64,000 bases of DNA. It comes from Hypanus sabinus. Lineage: Eukaryota. Location of the stretch: NCBI RefSeq assembly GCF_030144855.1, contig NC_082706.1, positions 95,542,001 through 95,606,000 of the forward strand, read 5' to 3'. Positions 23,801 through 37,569 of the stretch are shown one piece after another. Below the pieces are notes generated by a model, which saw nothing but the letters and a program-made list of their open reading frames with translations, made no database searches and had not been told where the DNA came from. The position numbers were made by a program, and so were the translations under genes. Within the stretch, counting starts at the first letter, position 1. Every line of letters starts with the position of its first letter.

Positions 23801-25746
23801 TCTTTGTGGTTTGTACTTGGCCAAGCTACATTTAGGAACATGAAGTGGTGAACACTGGTGATATCTGGTGATTTGAAGTTCCTTACCCAGAATATATTCT
23901 GTACTCTTTCTATTGTCATTATGCTGGATGTTCAGTGTTGATTCTTCACCCAGAGAGTGTGGTCATTGTTATCTGCAGAACCCAGTTCTGATAGCAAGGG
24001 GAATACTGTTATATCCACATGTGATAACGTCACAAAGCTAACATAAAGGTAAACTTCACAACAACTTCAAAGGCTCACTTTTTCTGCACAGGACTGGTCA
24101 GTTCTCCTGTTGACCATCCATCAGTACTCTCTGCTAGCTGGGCATTTCTTAAAATCCTGTACTCCACCAGTTTCTCCATATTCTTTCTAGTTTCTCTCAT
24201 TAACCATCGATCCAATGGTTTCATCAACATCTTATTGTCAAGGCAACCTTGGCCTCAGCCAATCCCAGTTATTCCTTTTGTTCCATCCATGTCTTTCCCA
24301 TCTAAAGGGTTCTCTCTTCTTTCCCGGTCCTGTTCCAAGAGTTCCCCAGCCTGACACATGAACTCTGCTTCTCTCATAACAGATGCTGCCTAATCTGCTG
24401 AACATTTCTATCACTTTCTAGGATTTATCTTTGCAAACTTCAAAATGTAGCAAGTCAGCATGCAAGGGCAGCAATTAAAACATATGAAAAAAGAGGCAAG
24501 AATATGTCACTCAATCCCTCAAGCCTGCCTTACCAATCATGGCTGATCTGCCTTAGGCCTCGCCTCCTCTTCTGTGCCAGTTCCCCAATTCCCTGATCTT
24601 TTGAAAATATGTTTATTTTCTCTTTAAATATCCCCAGTGATCTCTCCTCCATAACCCTCTAGGGTAGAGAACCAGTGTAGCCAACAGACTATCAAAATCA
24701 AATCCTAAATATGTTACAAGCACTTGCTCTCCTTTGGAAAAAAAATAGCCTTTACGGCATATGTCTTTGTAAATCCAGTCCAGAATTCCACCCTCAAACA
24801 TTTTACTACGTCATCATTTCCTTACAGGATTTCATGGGCAAATTGTGGGAAGTGTGTCTCCAAAAGCCGGTTTGGATTTTATGCAGCATTACTTCACACC
24901 TTTAAAGGTTACAAATTGTAAATTTCAGCAAGAAATTGTCTGCAGTTCCCAGATCCTTTTGTACACTTAAATCTCATTTTTAAAGCACTGAGCAACATGT
25001 CAATTACCTTCATTCTAATTGCAAAATTTTAATTAATGAAGAAAAAAAATCTAAATTTTATATTTTGCTTGCTGAAACCCAAAATTAACATTATATGAAA
25101 AATGGAGGTAATCTTTATTTAAAACCTCTAGGCAGGATTACTGGTGCAGGCAGTCTAAAGATATTAAACACATTCTAAATTAAACACCCCCAACAAATTT
25201 TGTGCAGAAATATATTTGGATAATTTTGCATGCCAAACATGACATTTTATATTATTTCTTCACCCCCCCCCCACCACCACCACCCTCCCAACTCCCAGCA
25301 ACTTCCCATCACCCTCCCTTGTCCTAAGTTCAGAATTATATAAATGAAGATCTTGTCTTTCACCAATGGAATTGCTATGCATGGCAAGATTGCCATTGCT
25401 TCTCTGACTATACTGTATGTTTCAAGACGGGAAGCCATAAAAAAATCTTTATCTCTCTGAAACACAGCAATTTGGAAGATTATCGAATACTGACTGGGGG
25501 GCAGAAATGCCAGTCTGAGGAATTATACCACAATCTCTCTTGCATTTACAACCTTTTTCAAAGCAAGCTGTCACCCTGGTAGGAAAGGTTGATGGAGGAT
25601 TCATTACATCTCCAGGCGTGTCTCATTTGCAAGGCGACAGATATGCTCCTCATTTGCTGAAAGGTTTCACTCAAACCAGCTCTAGTGCTGCACGGAGGGA
25701 AGGGGTGTCATAAAGCTACAGATGAGCCTTGATGTAGTCCCCTTAC

Positions 25747-25864
25747 CTTCCAGCGACAGCCCTGCACGCCATTGTATTGCTGTTTGACTTCAGTCAGGTC
25801 ACCGTACAGAGTCACCACTTCACCCCTGCGGCTTTCAAGAGCTTTTAGTAACTGGCTTTCTGCT
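25747..25864 (-). CDS. OFCC1: OFCC1-like coding exon E (118 nt, phase 2 to 0): AESQLLKALESRRGEVVTLYGDLTEVKQQYNGVQGCRWK
   Basis: Acceptor gttgcAG and donor AAG|GTAAGG. Not in the ORF track. The EVxxxYGDL...GxRWK motif is as I recall it for OFCC1/Opo homologues. Confidence 0.87.
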
Positions 25865-26009
25865 CTGCAACGTACAATGACAATCATTTCACATTGAATC
25901 CATAACTTTTGGAAACTGATTTTATGCTATTAAATAATTACTTTTAGTCCTATGATTATATAAATGCATTAATGTACTTCAACCTTTCTAAATTCTGCAT
26001 ATTAAGACA

Positions 26010-26290
26010 TATTTATTTATTTACTTACTTGGTGATATAGCATGGAAAAGCCCCTTCCAGCCCAATGAGCCGCACCACCCAACAACCTATTTAACACAAG
26101 CCTAATCATGGGGCAATTCATAATGACCAATTAACCTATTAACCAGTACTGTGGGAGAAAAGTGGAGCACCAGGAGGAAATGCATGCAATCACGGGGAGA
26201 ACATCCAGATGGCACCAAAATTGAACTCTGAACTCCAGAATACGTCGAGCTGGATTAGCATCACACTGACCACTACGCTACCGTGGTGCT
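26010..26290 (-). mobile_element. V-SINE (HE1-like) tRNA-derived SINE
   Basis: Reverse complement of the V-domain (tttcctcctggtgctccacttttctcccaca) with an AAAT-repeat tail. Confidence 0.5.
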
Positions 26291-26529
26291 GTAAACTTTC
26301 ATCCAAAACACTGTGCAAACATATAATTTGCACACAAGACAATGCCAGAAAAATCCCTCAGAGAAGTCACTGATTGAGCACCTTTGCTTCGGCTGGGATC
26401 TCCTGATTTCCCCTTTCCATCCCCACACACTCAAGTCTGTCCACGGCCTCCTCCACTGCCGGATCAAATCTAAGTGAAAACTAGAGAATAACACTTAAGT
26501 TCCACTTGTAGAGTCTCTAACTGGGCAGA

Positions 26530-27210
26530 ATGAGTACATAGAACATAGTACTGCACAGGAACAGGTACCTTCGGCCAACAATGTCACGCCAAAACAACAA
26601 CTAACTCAACTAATCCCTTCTGCCTACCCAATGTCCATATCCTTCCATTTTCCTCACATTCACTTGTCTATCTAAAGTCTCTAATATTTCTGCATCTACC
26701 ATCAACCCAGGCAGCACTTTCCAAGCATTCGTCACTCTCTGTGTAAAAAATTTGCCCATTTTCCATTGAAATTACCCCTCTCACCTTCAATGTTATGCCC
26801 TCTGGTATTAGACATTTCAACTCTTAGAAAAAGATATTGTCTGTTTACTTTGTCCATGCCTCTCATAATCTTATAAACCTCTATCTGATCGCCCCTCGGT
26901 AGCCACCACTCCAGAGAAAACTATCCTGGTAAACCTCTACAGCACCCTCTCCAAGGCCTCAACATCCTTCCTATAATGGGGCAACCAGAACTGTATGCAG
27001 TACTCCAGATGTGGCCTAACGTGAGTCTTATAAAACTGCAACTTAACTTCCTGACTCTTGAACTCAGTGCCTCCACTAATAAAGACAAGCAATGTCATTT
27101 GCCTTCTCAGCCACCCTATTATCTATATAGCCACTTTTAGGGATATATGAACTCGGGCCCCAAGATCCTTCTGTTCAACAACATGTTATTGAATTCTCAA
27201 ACTTACAGTG
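26530..27210 (-). mobile_element. CR1 LINE 3' fragment inside a decayed PLE remnant (about 26360-27540)
   Basis: CR1 C-terminal coding remnants and 3' UTR. It is flanked by PLE GIY-YIG remnants and a pyrimidine-rich tail. Confidence 0.65.
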
Positions 27211-27764
27211 TCTACTGTTTCTTTTCTTCTATTTTCATTTTTTCTCCCTCCTCCTGTTCTAACTGGGCCACATCTCTCCATGCCTTTCCTTTCCCCCAGC
27301 CGCTCCCTCTTCCCTACCTACCTTCTCTCTCTCCATTTCCCAACTGCCCTTCAACCACTTACTTCTCCCACCCCTTCTCCCTCCCACCTCTCTGCCTTTA
27401 GTCCACCCGCCAACATCTTCTCCTATCTGATTCCATCAATTTCAGCTTTGTCATTTCTACCTATCTTCACCAATCTTCTGACATCATTTTGCCTTCATAT
27501 ACCTATCCCCCCCGACCTGCCTCTCTAACCCTCCACCTGTATTTGTACATGTGCATTATAATTCCTTCAAATTAATATTTAGAAATAATAGGGATCTTAA
27601 AAAATCCAACAGTTCAACTTTACCATAATCCAACCTGGATATTATAATCATAAACATTGAAACACTCTAATTATTGCTAAAGACAATTCAATAAAAGCAT
27701 CTTGTTGCTTCCTGATTTGCTGAAATCTGCACTATTTACTTACTGTGACTGCTGCTTGATGTTA

Positions 27765-29387
27765 CAGTGGCATGCAAAAGTTTGGACACCCCTGGTCAAA
27801 ATTTCTATTACTGTGAATAGTTAAGCGAGTAGAAAATGAACTGATCTCCAAAAGTGTTAAAGTTGAAGATGAAACATTCTTTTCAACATTTTAGGCAAGA
27901 TTAGTGTATTATTTTTGTTCTGTACAATTTTAGAGTGAAAATAGAAAAGGAGCACGATGCAAAAGTTTGGGTACCCCAGGAGATTTGAGCTCTCAGATAA
28001 CTTTTACCAAGGTCTCAGACCTTCATTAGATTGTTAGGGCTATGGCTTGTTCACAGTCATCGTTAGGAAAGGCCAGGTGATGCAAATTTCAAAGCTTTAT
28101 AAATACCCTGACTCCTCAAACTCTGTCCCAACAACCAGCAGCCATGGGCTCCTCTAAGCAGCTGCCTAGCACTCTGAAAATTAAAATAAATGATGCCCAC
28201 AAAGCAGGAGAAGGCTATAAGAAGGTAGCAAAACATTTTCAGGTAGCCGTTTTCTCAGTTCGTAATGTAATTAAGAAATGGCAGTTAACAGGAACGGTGG
28301 AGGCCAAGTTGAGGTCCGGAAGACCAAGAAAATTTTCCAAGAGAACTGCTAGTAGGATTGCTAGGCAAAGCAAATCAAAACCCTCATTTAACTGCAAAAG
28401 ACCTTCAGGAAGATTTAGCAGACTCTGGAGTGGTGGTGCACTGTTCTACTGTGCAGCAATATCTGCATAAATATGACCTTCATGGAAGAGTCATCAGAAG
28501 AAAACCTTTCCTGCGTCCTCACCACAAAATTCAGCGTCAGAAGTTTGCAAAGGAACATTTAAACAAGCCTGATGCATTTTGGAAACAAGTCCTGTGGACT
28601 GATGAAGTTAAAATAGAACTTCTTGGCCGCAATGAGCAAAAGTATGTTTGGATAAAAAAGGGTGCAGAATTACATGAAAAGAACACCTCTCCAACTGTTA
28701 AGCACAAGGGTAGATCGATCATGCTTTGTGCTTGTGTTGCAGCCAGTGGCACGGGGAACACTGCACTGGTAGAGGGAAGAATGAATTCAATTAAATACCA
28801 GCAAATTCTGAAAGCAAACATCACACCGGCTGTAAAAAAGCTGAAGATGAAAAGAGGATGGCTTCTACAACAGGATAAGGATCCTAAACACACCTCAAAA
28901 TCCACAATGGACTACCTCAAGAGGTGCAAGCTGAAGGTTTTGCCATGGCCCTCACAGACCCCCAACCTAAACATCATCAAAAATCTGTGGATAGACCTCA
29001 AAAGAGCAGTGCATGCAAGACGGCCCAAGAATCTCACAGAACTAGAAGCCTTTTGCAAGGAAGAATAGGCGAAAATCCCCCAAACAAGAACTGAAAGACT
29101 CTTAGCTGGCTACAGAAAGCGTTTACAAGCTGTGATACTTGCCAAAGGGGGTGTTACTAAGTACTGACCATGCAGGGTGCCCAAACTTTTGCTTCGGGCC
29201 CTTTTCCTTTCTTGTTATTTTGAAACTGTAAAAGATGGAGATAAAAAAGTAATCTTCCTTAAAATATTAAAGAAATGTGCGATTTTTAACTTTATGCCTT
29301 TTGGAAATCAGGTCCTCTTTTACTCGCTTAGCGATTCACAGTAACAGAGATTTTGACCAGGAGTGCCCAAGCTTTTGCACGCCACTG
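27765..29387 (+). mobile_element. Full-length Tc1 (IR/DR type) DNA transposon, 1623 bp
   Basis: TA|CAGTGGCATGCAAAAGTTTGG ... CCAAGCTTTTGCACGCCACTG|TA. Long TIRs with an internal direct repeat (GCAAAAGTTTGGG near 27960, mirrored near 29175-29192). Confidence 0.95.
28144..29167 (+). pseudogene. Tc1 DD34E transposase pseudogene (about 340 aa ancestral)
   Basis: Paired-like HTH, GRPRK, WTDE, QQDKDPKH, WPSQTPNLNIIKNLW. One +1 frameshift near 28365, a premature TAG at 29066, catalytic E changed to K, and the ancestral stop at 29165-29167. Confidence 0.92.
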
Positions 29388-31089
29388 TAATGGCTGGGTC
29401 TCACTGATCTGAGGCTTGACAGCAGCATCCAAAACGAGAAACAAGGAAACCCTTGGGACAGAGATCACTAGCCTGCTGAGTGCAGTTTTCTTCAAACTCA
29501 CGCATATGCCACAAAATGGAAATTCAGGGACTACTTGTTCACATACTCCAAGGAAATTGAAGCCAAGATGGCATGACTAAGACACAAGAAACTGAAGATG
29601 CTGGAACCTGGAGCAATAAACAATGCAATGGAGGAACATCTACAGACCAGCATCCATAATGGGAAAGGAATTTTCGACAACTCAGGTTGAAGCTCTGTAT
29701 CAGGATTGGGACATGTTGGCAAGTGCAACCACCTAACAATTACTAAAAAAAAGAACATTGTAATGCACAATCCCAAAATTCTCTGACCATGCAAATTTTA
29801 CGTCACTGTTCAGAAAGTGAGTTCACAGCCACAAAGCTAGTCATCGCTGCAGCCAGTCCAGGAGCCTATTAGTTGCAGGTCACAGCCTCAGTTCAGTACA
29901 GAGATGAGTAAACCTCATTGAGCTGTGAGCTGAACACTGGCCTGACCCTCACCTCCTGCTCCAACAGCCTCACCTTCTCAATCAGACCCAGCACTTAAAT
30001 GACCTGGGCCCTGACACTTCAATGCTCAGACCCCACCACATTGATTTGGCCATATCCAACCTTTCCAATCTGACTGGGTGCTTAAATCGGTCAGACTTCG
30101 GCTCATTCCTGGGCCCCACTGCCTCCAGTTGCCTCGAATCGGCTGCTTCAAATCAGCTTCACATCTGCTCCAGCAATGGCCAATATTAGCTAGCTCTTTG
30201 CTCTTGGACTCGGGCCCTGCCACCTCGATTTGGCTGATATAGGTCATGCCGCAATCATCCTGAACCTTCAAGACTTCAATTCGCACCACAAAAATGCCAG
30301 GTTGTACGGGCAGTGCAGAAGCTCATCTCCAAAAAGGAAGTTACAGGCTATTGATTGCAGTGATCGTCGTCCAGAAAAAGTGGGATTAATAGAGTAGTTA
30401 GATTTGTTTGATGCCAGTGAGGCATCACTGCGTTTCTAGCCCATCTCAAACCAGAAGATTTAATTGTTAATAACAGAATATTTTATTAAAAGGAAAACTT
30501 TGGCACAGTGCAGGAACAGAACAGAAAATGCAGAACTTCATAGGTTGGCTCTAACGAAGGACCACATTTCCACCTTCTGCACTGCGCCTATCCACAATTC
30601 CTTTCTGTTCACTAGAATGACAGATTCATTAAGAAGTTAATTTGGGAGAAAATGCCTTTCGTTGTGATTGACAGTAACAATTGGACACATTCCCAGAAGT
30701 AGCTTTCAACCACAACTGTTGGATAAATATTGTGTGGAATGTACAACTAGAGAGATCAGGACATCCAAAGATGCTTCACAGAAACAATTCACAAACAAGA
30801 ATTTACGTCAAACTACATTACTGCTCAAGGAAGTGTGATGAGAGCCTTAAAGGTGTGCATGGGATTAGAAGTGGAAGCAAATTCAAGATCCTAGGTCCAC
30901 AGCTACCAAAGACAGAATGATTAATTTCAGTGACAATGAAAAACCCTGAAGTGGAGAAGCACTGATAAATCTGAGGCTTGCAGAAGACTGAAAAGGGGAG
31001 GGTTGAGACGTGGAAACCAGGTTAAACAAACTCAACACTTACCGGTGAGTGCCATCAAGCTATGGGTTTATGGGTTAATAGCCCGATAG

Positions 31090-31680
31090 AGTTTGGCTCC
31101 TTAAGGTTGTTCCAGCTGGAGGTGGTAATGGGGTCAGGCTCTCACTGCCTATTAAATGTTCCCATTGGTTTGCACCTTAAATAGTCTCTGACAACCAAGT
31201 CCAGCTCCTGACCTTCACGAGTGGCTTAGCCACTAGCCAATGGAACCATTTCTAATGACAAGGAGAAGGGGCAAAGGCTGGTAACTGGTGCCTTAGAACC
31301 AGTCGCTTTGGGCAGATGGGGCTCATCAGCCGTGGTTGGTAGCTCATCTAGGAGAAGGAAAACTCTGATCTCAAACCTCCGCTGCCTTGTGGCTATACCC
31401 ACTCATGGGGAGAGCTTCGGGAGTAAACCCCGAGGAAAAATCCAGAGAAGGAGTGCCTAAGGCAATCCTAAATTGAGTTCAATGCTGACTGACAACTCCT
31501 GCAATGCTACAAGTACCAAACTGTACAGATCTGTGCTGTTCCTTTGGGTTTGCCAGTTGTATGGAGAGAGGGAGCTTGCTACATGGGCATCAGCTTGCTC
31601 TCCGTATCGTACCACCCAGGCTTAAGTATCTAGACAGCTAGGATGGAATAACCATAGTTAACTCTGCCTGACGGAGGCCT
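31090..31680 (+). mobile_element. Non-coding 5' portion of a non-LTR element (possibly Vingi/Ingi-like)
   Basis: Contains agctcatctaggagaaggaaaactctgatctcaaacctcc, which I recall from Vingi-type 5' UTRs. No ORF. Confidence 0.35.
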
Positions 31681-32828
31681 GAAACTTTGAGATGGATACA
31701 CCTCCAGACACAAAAGTGAAGTGCTCAGAGGTGTATTTGGCACATCACTCTCTTCTTGTATTACTGCAACACAATAATAAATGAATCTCAGAGTTGTAGA
31801 TGGTGACATATATGTACCTTGATAATAAATTTACTTCCAACTTTGAACTATGCAGTCCATGTAGTAATAGGCCTCCCAGGATGCTATTAATTGGAGTTCC
31901 ACCACCTTTGATCCCTAAATTCTGAGGGAATGATACATCAAAACTTCGAAGGACCCTGCAAATGATGGTGTTCACATTAGCTTGTTGCTCCATTACCAAT
32001 AGGTTTTGGAGGTGCTGAAGAAGACTCGGGCTGCATTTTGTGGGTGGTACTACCATGTATGTGTCCAAACTAGAAAGCTGCTTCTCTCATACAATTGCTT
32101 CATAGAAATTTTTAGAAATCAATGTTATCAGGAAGGGATCCCATTCTAAAATGTATGTGGAATTAACACCAGGCGCACACAACTTACCTGAATACTTTAC
32201 AAGATTATTATTTCAATTGTCTTTATTAAATTATCCAAGCAATAAGGCACAGCGTGGAACAGATACAATCATCTTTGGCTGCAAAGTATTTTCCACTTAT
32301 TAATGAAAATAATTTATTTTGAGTGTTCATTGTTTTAATTAAGTTTTAGCAATAAAATTCTGTGCAACAGCAAAGAGGTGATTGTAACTTTTGCTATCTT
32401 TACATATTTAAGGTGGGAAGTTTTTAGAGTCGTGTGTGTGTGGAACACACTGCCAGGGGTGGTGGAGAGGCTGATACAGTACATTACAGACATCTATGAA
32501 TCTCTTAGATAGGCAAATGGATGAAAGAAATATAGGGTGGGGGGGGGGCTTTGTGAGAAGGAAGTTAGAGTAGGTTAGAAGGTTGGCACAACATCGTGGG
32601 TTGAAGGGTCTATACTGTGCTGTACGGTTCTATATTCTATACTCAACACACTCACATACGCACAACACATATATTAAACACAATCATATGGACACAGGCA
32701 GAGACATTCATACACACCCAAATGTGTGTAACATGGGATGCACACAATCACACAGCAACGTGCACACATACACATACACGCACATCCATATACATACAGA
32801 GCTGATGCCTCGCAATGATGGGACTTAC

Positions 32829-32902
32829 TTCTGGAAGGCAGAACGAAGACTTGCCTGTAGAAACTCAAACTGCTCAGAGTTGATCTCCTGCAGCTTCACA
32901 CC
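32829..32902 (-). CDS. OFCC1: OFCC1-like coding exon D (74 nt, phase 0 to 2): GVKLQEINSEQFEFLQASLRSAFQ(K)
   Basis: Strong acceptor tttctattttattcAG and donor AA|GTAAGT. The 3n+2 length exactly bridges exon C (phase 0) and exon E (phase 2). Confidence 0.82.
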
Positions 32903-35816
32903 CTGAATAAAATAGAAAGCAGTACAGAGTGAGGCACCACTGGAACAGAAGAGAAACAGCTGCCCGAAGTGCCGCGGGGTAGAAAACTCACACGACTGAG
33001 GAATGGTGGCATCCCACCACAGCGCAATGTGTGGACTATGCATGGGTAGGATGGAGACAGGGAATGGTTGCTGTCACTTGCAGGTGAAGTCAGGTCTACC
33101 AGTTTTGTACTCTATTGATAGTTTACTAATTGCAGACCACTGGGGTTATGTGCTTGTTATACCCACCCAAAACTCTTACCTCCAATGCTAGGTAGTAATC
33201 AATTCTAATGAGCCCATTGAGACTTCTTTCTGTTGGCTGTTACCATTCCAGGCCTTGCATGAAACAAATGCCAAGTGGTTTTAGAATATGAAGAAGGGGG
33301 ATAAATTTACGTTTTAGTTTTATGACTTTTCTCACAATACAAGTTCCCTCCTCAGTGCTCAGAATTGCGTTGCTTCAGGAAGGCTAGTAGTACTGCCGAG
33401 GATGCTTGCAACTCTGACTGTTACTTCTTCTCTCTCCTACCTTCTGGGAGAAGATACAGGAACTTGAGAGCTCCAATGACCCACTGGAGCTATGAGTTAG
33501 CAGCTCGACTAGCTGTGTCTTTGATCCAGGGTGGTATCAGACAGAATGAGGACAATAATCCCAAGAACAGTGTGGAATCTCAAAGCTGGGTTTCCCCTTA
33601 CATCATTGACAAGGAAACAAAGTACTAAACTCTTTGATGCATAAATGAAGATATATGTAGACAGGCGATGTGCTTGAGATTTGTTACTGTATTAGTACTG
33701 GGTTGTAAAGTTGAAGCAACATGACATATCCTGAAATTAGTTCAATTTTCAACCGAGTTTCCTTAACACAAATTTATCAAAAGGATAAAGCACAATGACA
33801 AAATGGGTGCATGATACATTGCAATTCTTAAAAATGGAAACATATGCACATACTTAATAAATGCTTTTAAAAGCAAAATCAAAACCACCCACATGCAGTA
33901 GAGTGCAACTGAAATGTAATGTGTAAATCAGTAAATACACTTTATCCTGACATTTTAATTTAACTACAAATCTGTACAGTACAAGGAAATGCTTAATATT
34001 TAAGCTGCTTTCAGCAAATAAAACACATCATTAAACCAGAGTTTTAATAAACTTGGTGTAATACTGATAATTTAACATAATTTGTATGACTGTTTTTATT
34101 GTGTTAAACAGTTTCTATGCACATGTTGACACACAATGAATTCTTAACCTATTTTCTCTTCTTTAATGAATGCTGCAGTAAATATTAAAACACAGAACCG
34201 TACAGCACAGGAACAGGCCCTTCAGCCCACAACGTCTGTGCCAAACATAACGCCAAATTATACTAAATCTCAGTGCATGCATGTGATCAACATCACTCCA
34301 TTCCCTGCATATTCATGTGTTTAATCTCCTCTTAAATGCCACTATTTTATCTCCTTCCATCACTCACTCTGGTAGTTCATTCCAGGTACCTACCACTTTC
34401 TGTGTAAAAATTGTGCCCGTCACATCTCCTTTAAACTTTCCCCCACTCATCTTAAAAGCATGTCCTCTAGTACCTGAACATCTACCCTGGGGGAAACATT
34501 TTTGACTGCCTTAATATATTTATCCAAAATTTTTATCCGCAAGTATTTTAAATCCATTCACCTTTTAGTCTATTGAAGGCAGATGGATGGAGCTCTGTTA
34601 CAATTCAATGGCAACTGGGTGAATGCCTTGACAGGTGCAAGAAAGCTGGTAGCAAAGTTCACACAGGGAATGGCTACAATCTCGGGCACGCTGCCTGAGG
34701 ATGTGATGGAGACTGGTACTCTCGCAGTATTTATGAAGAATCTAAACAAGCACTTGAAACTTGAACAAGCACTTTTATACAGTAAATGGCAGGACTTTAA
34801 AGGATATACAGATGAATGTTGGGGTGCAAGTTCACAGCTCACTGGCCGTGGCAACACAAGCAAGAGGGTGGTAAAGAAAGCACACAAAGCATTTGCCTTG
34901 GTTGGCCAGGCTGTTGAGGATAAAGGTTGAAAAGTCATATTGCAGTTGTACAAAACTTTGATTAGTCACATTTGAAATACTGCGTGTAATTGTGCTTCCC
35001 ACAATTACCAGAAGAAGGTGGAGGCTTTGGAGAGGATACAGAAGAGTGTACCTGGATAGATAGTATTAAATGCTAGAAGATGCTAGACAAACTTGAATTG
35101 TTCTCGCTGAAGCATCGGACGCTTGAGTGACCTGACAGAAGTAGATAAAATTATGCAAGTAAAACATAGAAAATACAGGAGGAATTCAGCAAATCAGGTA
35201 GCACCTATGAAAAGGAATGCACAGTCGACATTGATGATCCCAGCAGACTCATAGGTGAAGTTTTGCCCTATGCCTACCTTAATGTTGCCTGTGTGGAACA
35301 GTCTATGTTCCAAGCCTTCACCAGTAACATTCCTGAACTCATTCTGTGATACATTGACTGCATTGGTGCTGCTAAATGCACAGATGCTGAGCTCGTCAAT
35401 TTCATCAACTTTGCCTCTGAATTCTACCCTCCTGTTAGATTCACTTGGCCCATTTCTGACACCTCTCACCTCTCAAGCTCTTTGTCTCCACCTCTGCATA
35501 CTGTCTACTGGAATTTTCTATAAACCTACTGGCTCTCACAGCTACCTTGACTATACTTCTTCCCATCCTGTCACTTTTTAAAGTTCCATTCGCTTTTCTC
35601 AGTTCCTCACTCTCCGCTGCATCTGTTCCCAGAACGAGCGCTGTCCTTTCCAGAACATCAGAAATATCCTCCTTCTTTAAAGAGCAGTGTTTCTCTTCCT
35701 TCACCATTGATGCTGCTCTCACCCACATCTCCTCTACTTCTCAAACATCTGCCCTCACCTTAACAGGAATAGAGTTCCTCTTGTCCTTACCGAGCACCCC
35801 ATGATCCTCCACAGCT

Positions 35817-36672
35817 CAGATTCAGAATCAGTTCATTGTCATTTAGAAACCACAAATGCAACACAGTTAAAAAATGAGACAACGTTCCTCCAGAATGATA
35901 TCACAAAAGCACATGACAAAACAGACACCACCAAAAAATCCACATAATGTTTGGCAATTCCCAATCCAGAGTTCGGAGAGGCTGCTGCATATTAATATCG
36001 CGCTACCACCTCAACGCATTTCCTGGAAAGGAGCTCCAAATCCACCAGACGAAACAAGACCAAAAACTAAAGCTACAAGACTTGCACAAAACCACATAGT
36101 TACAACAGTGCAAACAATAGCATAATTGAAAAAAAATACAGACCATGGGCACTGTAAAAATAGTCCAAAGATGTTAAAAGACTATAAGTTCGAAAGAAAC
36201 CATCACACAGTTTTCACAAGTCCTCAGAGTCCCGATTGACTCGTCATCCCACACTGGCAGCAGAAGGGAATACCCCCGCTATGGACTTCCACGGCGCCGC
36301 CCGGCTCAGCCTCGCAGACGCAGCACACAATGAAAGCCACCTGACCGCAGCGGATTCTGAGTCCATTGAACCTCCGACCATCCCCTCCGGCACAGCTTCG
36401 CCGAGCACCATCCTCTGCCGAGTGTATTAAGCCCCACCAATGGCCATCGGCAACGCGACCCCAAGGACTGGGGGCCTGTTCTTCCCAGCAGAGTCCCGGA
36501 CCTCTCAGCAGCAGCAGCAATGAAGAAGGTCTTCCTGGAGATATCCCGATGTTCCTCCGTGCTCCCACGTCCGTTTTCAACCGATTATGATTGTGCATGG
36601 CACCCCACTTCACAAGTAACAGATAATCAGCTCCGGAGTGGCCACTGTAAGCTGCGTCGTGCCGCCATCTTG
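35817..36672 (-). mobile_element. Non-autonomous non-LTR retroposon (about 860 bp), copy 1
   Basis: The minus strand starts CCAAGATGGCG and ends in a (CTGAAT)n tail. No ORF. Near-copy at 45430-46340. Confidence 0.75.
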
Positions 36673-37569
36673 GATCATCTAGTTCATCATTCTCCGCAAC
36701 TTTTACCATCTTCACTGGGAACCTACCATTAAACACATTTTTACCTCCCCCTTCCACTCCTTGCTTTCTACAGGGATCACTCACTCCATATTTCCCTTGT
36801 CCATTTGACCTTACCCACTGATCTCCCTCCTGGCACTTATCCCTGCAAGTGGAATAAGTACTACACCCGCCTATTAACCTTCACTAAGGGCCCCAAACCG
36901 GTGAGACAACACTACAGCTAAGAGTCTGTCAGAGTCAACTACTGTATCTGGTGCTCGCAGTGTGGCCTCCTCTACATTGGTGAGACCCAACATTCAGTAA
37001 ACTGGGTTGGGGTGGGGAGGTCACTTTCTCAAGCAACTTCACTTCATCGGCAACAAGCAGGATTTCCCATTACAATTCTAATCTCCATTCCGACATGTCA
37101 GTCCATGGCCTCCTCTCTGCCACAATGAGGCCATTCTCAGCTTGGAGGAGCAACACCTTATATTCTGTCTGGGTAGTCTCCAATCTGATGTCATAAATAT
37201 CTACCTCTCTAACCTCCAGTAAATTTTTTCCCTCCCCTTTCCCTCTTCTTCCACTCCACACTCTGGCTCCTCTCTTATCTCTTCTCTTCTCCTCACCTGC
37301 CCATCAACTCCCCCTGGTGCCCCTCTCCTCCCTTTCTCCCATGGTCCAGTCATCTCTCCTTTCAGATTCCTTCCTCTTCAGTCCTTTAACTTTTCCAACT
37401 ATTACCTCCCAGCCTCTCAGTTCATCCCCGCTCCCCCTCCCACCTACCTTCTGCCTCACCTGGCTTCACCTATCACCTTCTAGCTTATTTACTCCTTCCA
37501 GTTTCCCTTCCCGCCCCCCCCCCCCAGCTTCTTATGTTGGCTTCTTCTCCCACCCCTTTTCAGTCCTGA

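Noticed and set aside
32640-32800. His/Thr-rich ORFs next to exon D
   Set aside because: They come from a degenerate (CA)n microsatellite.
36224-36784. 186-aa ORF and overlapping ORFs in the GC-rich repeat
   Set aside because: The frame is not conserved in the second copy (45430-46340), and GC-rich sequence is stop-poor.
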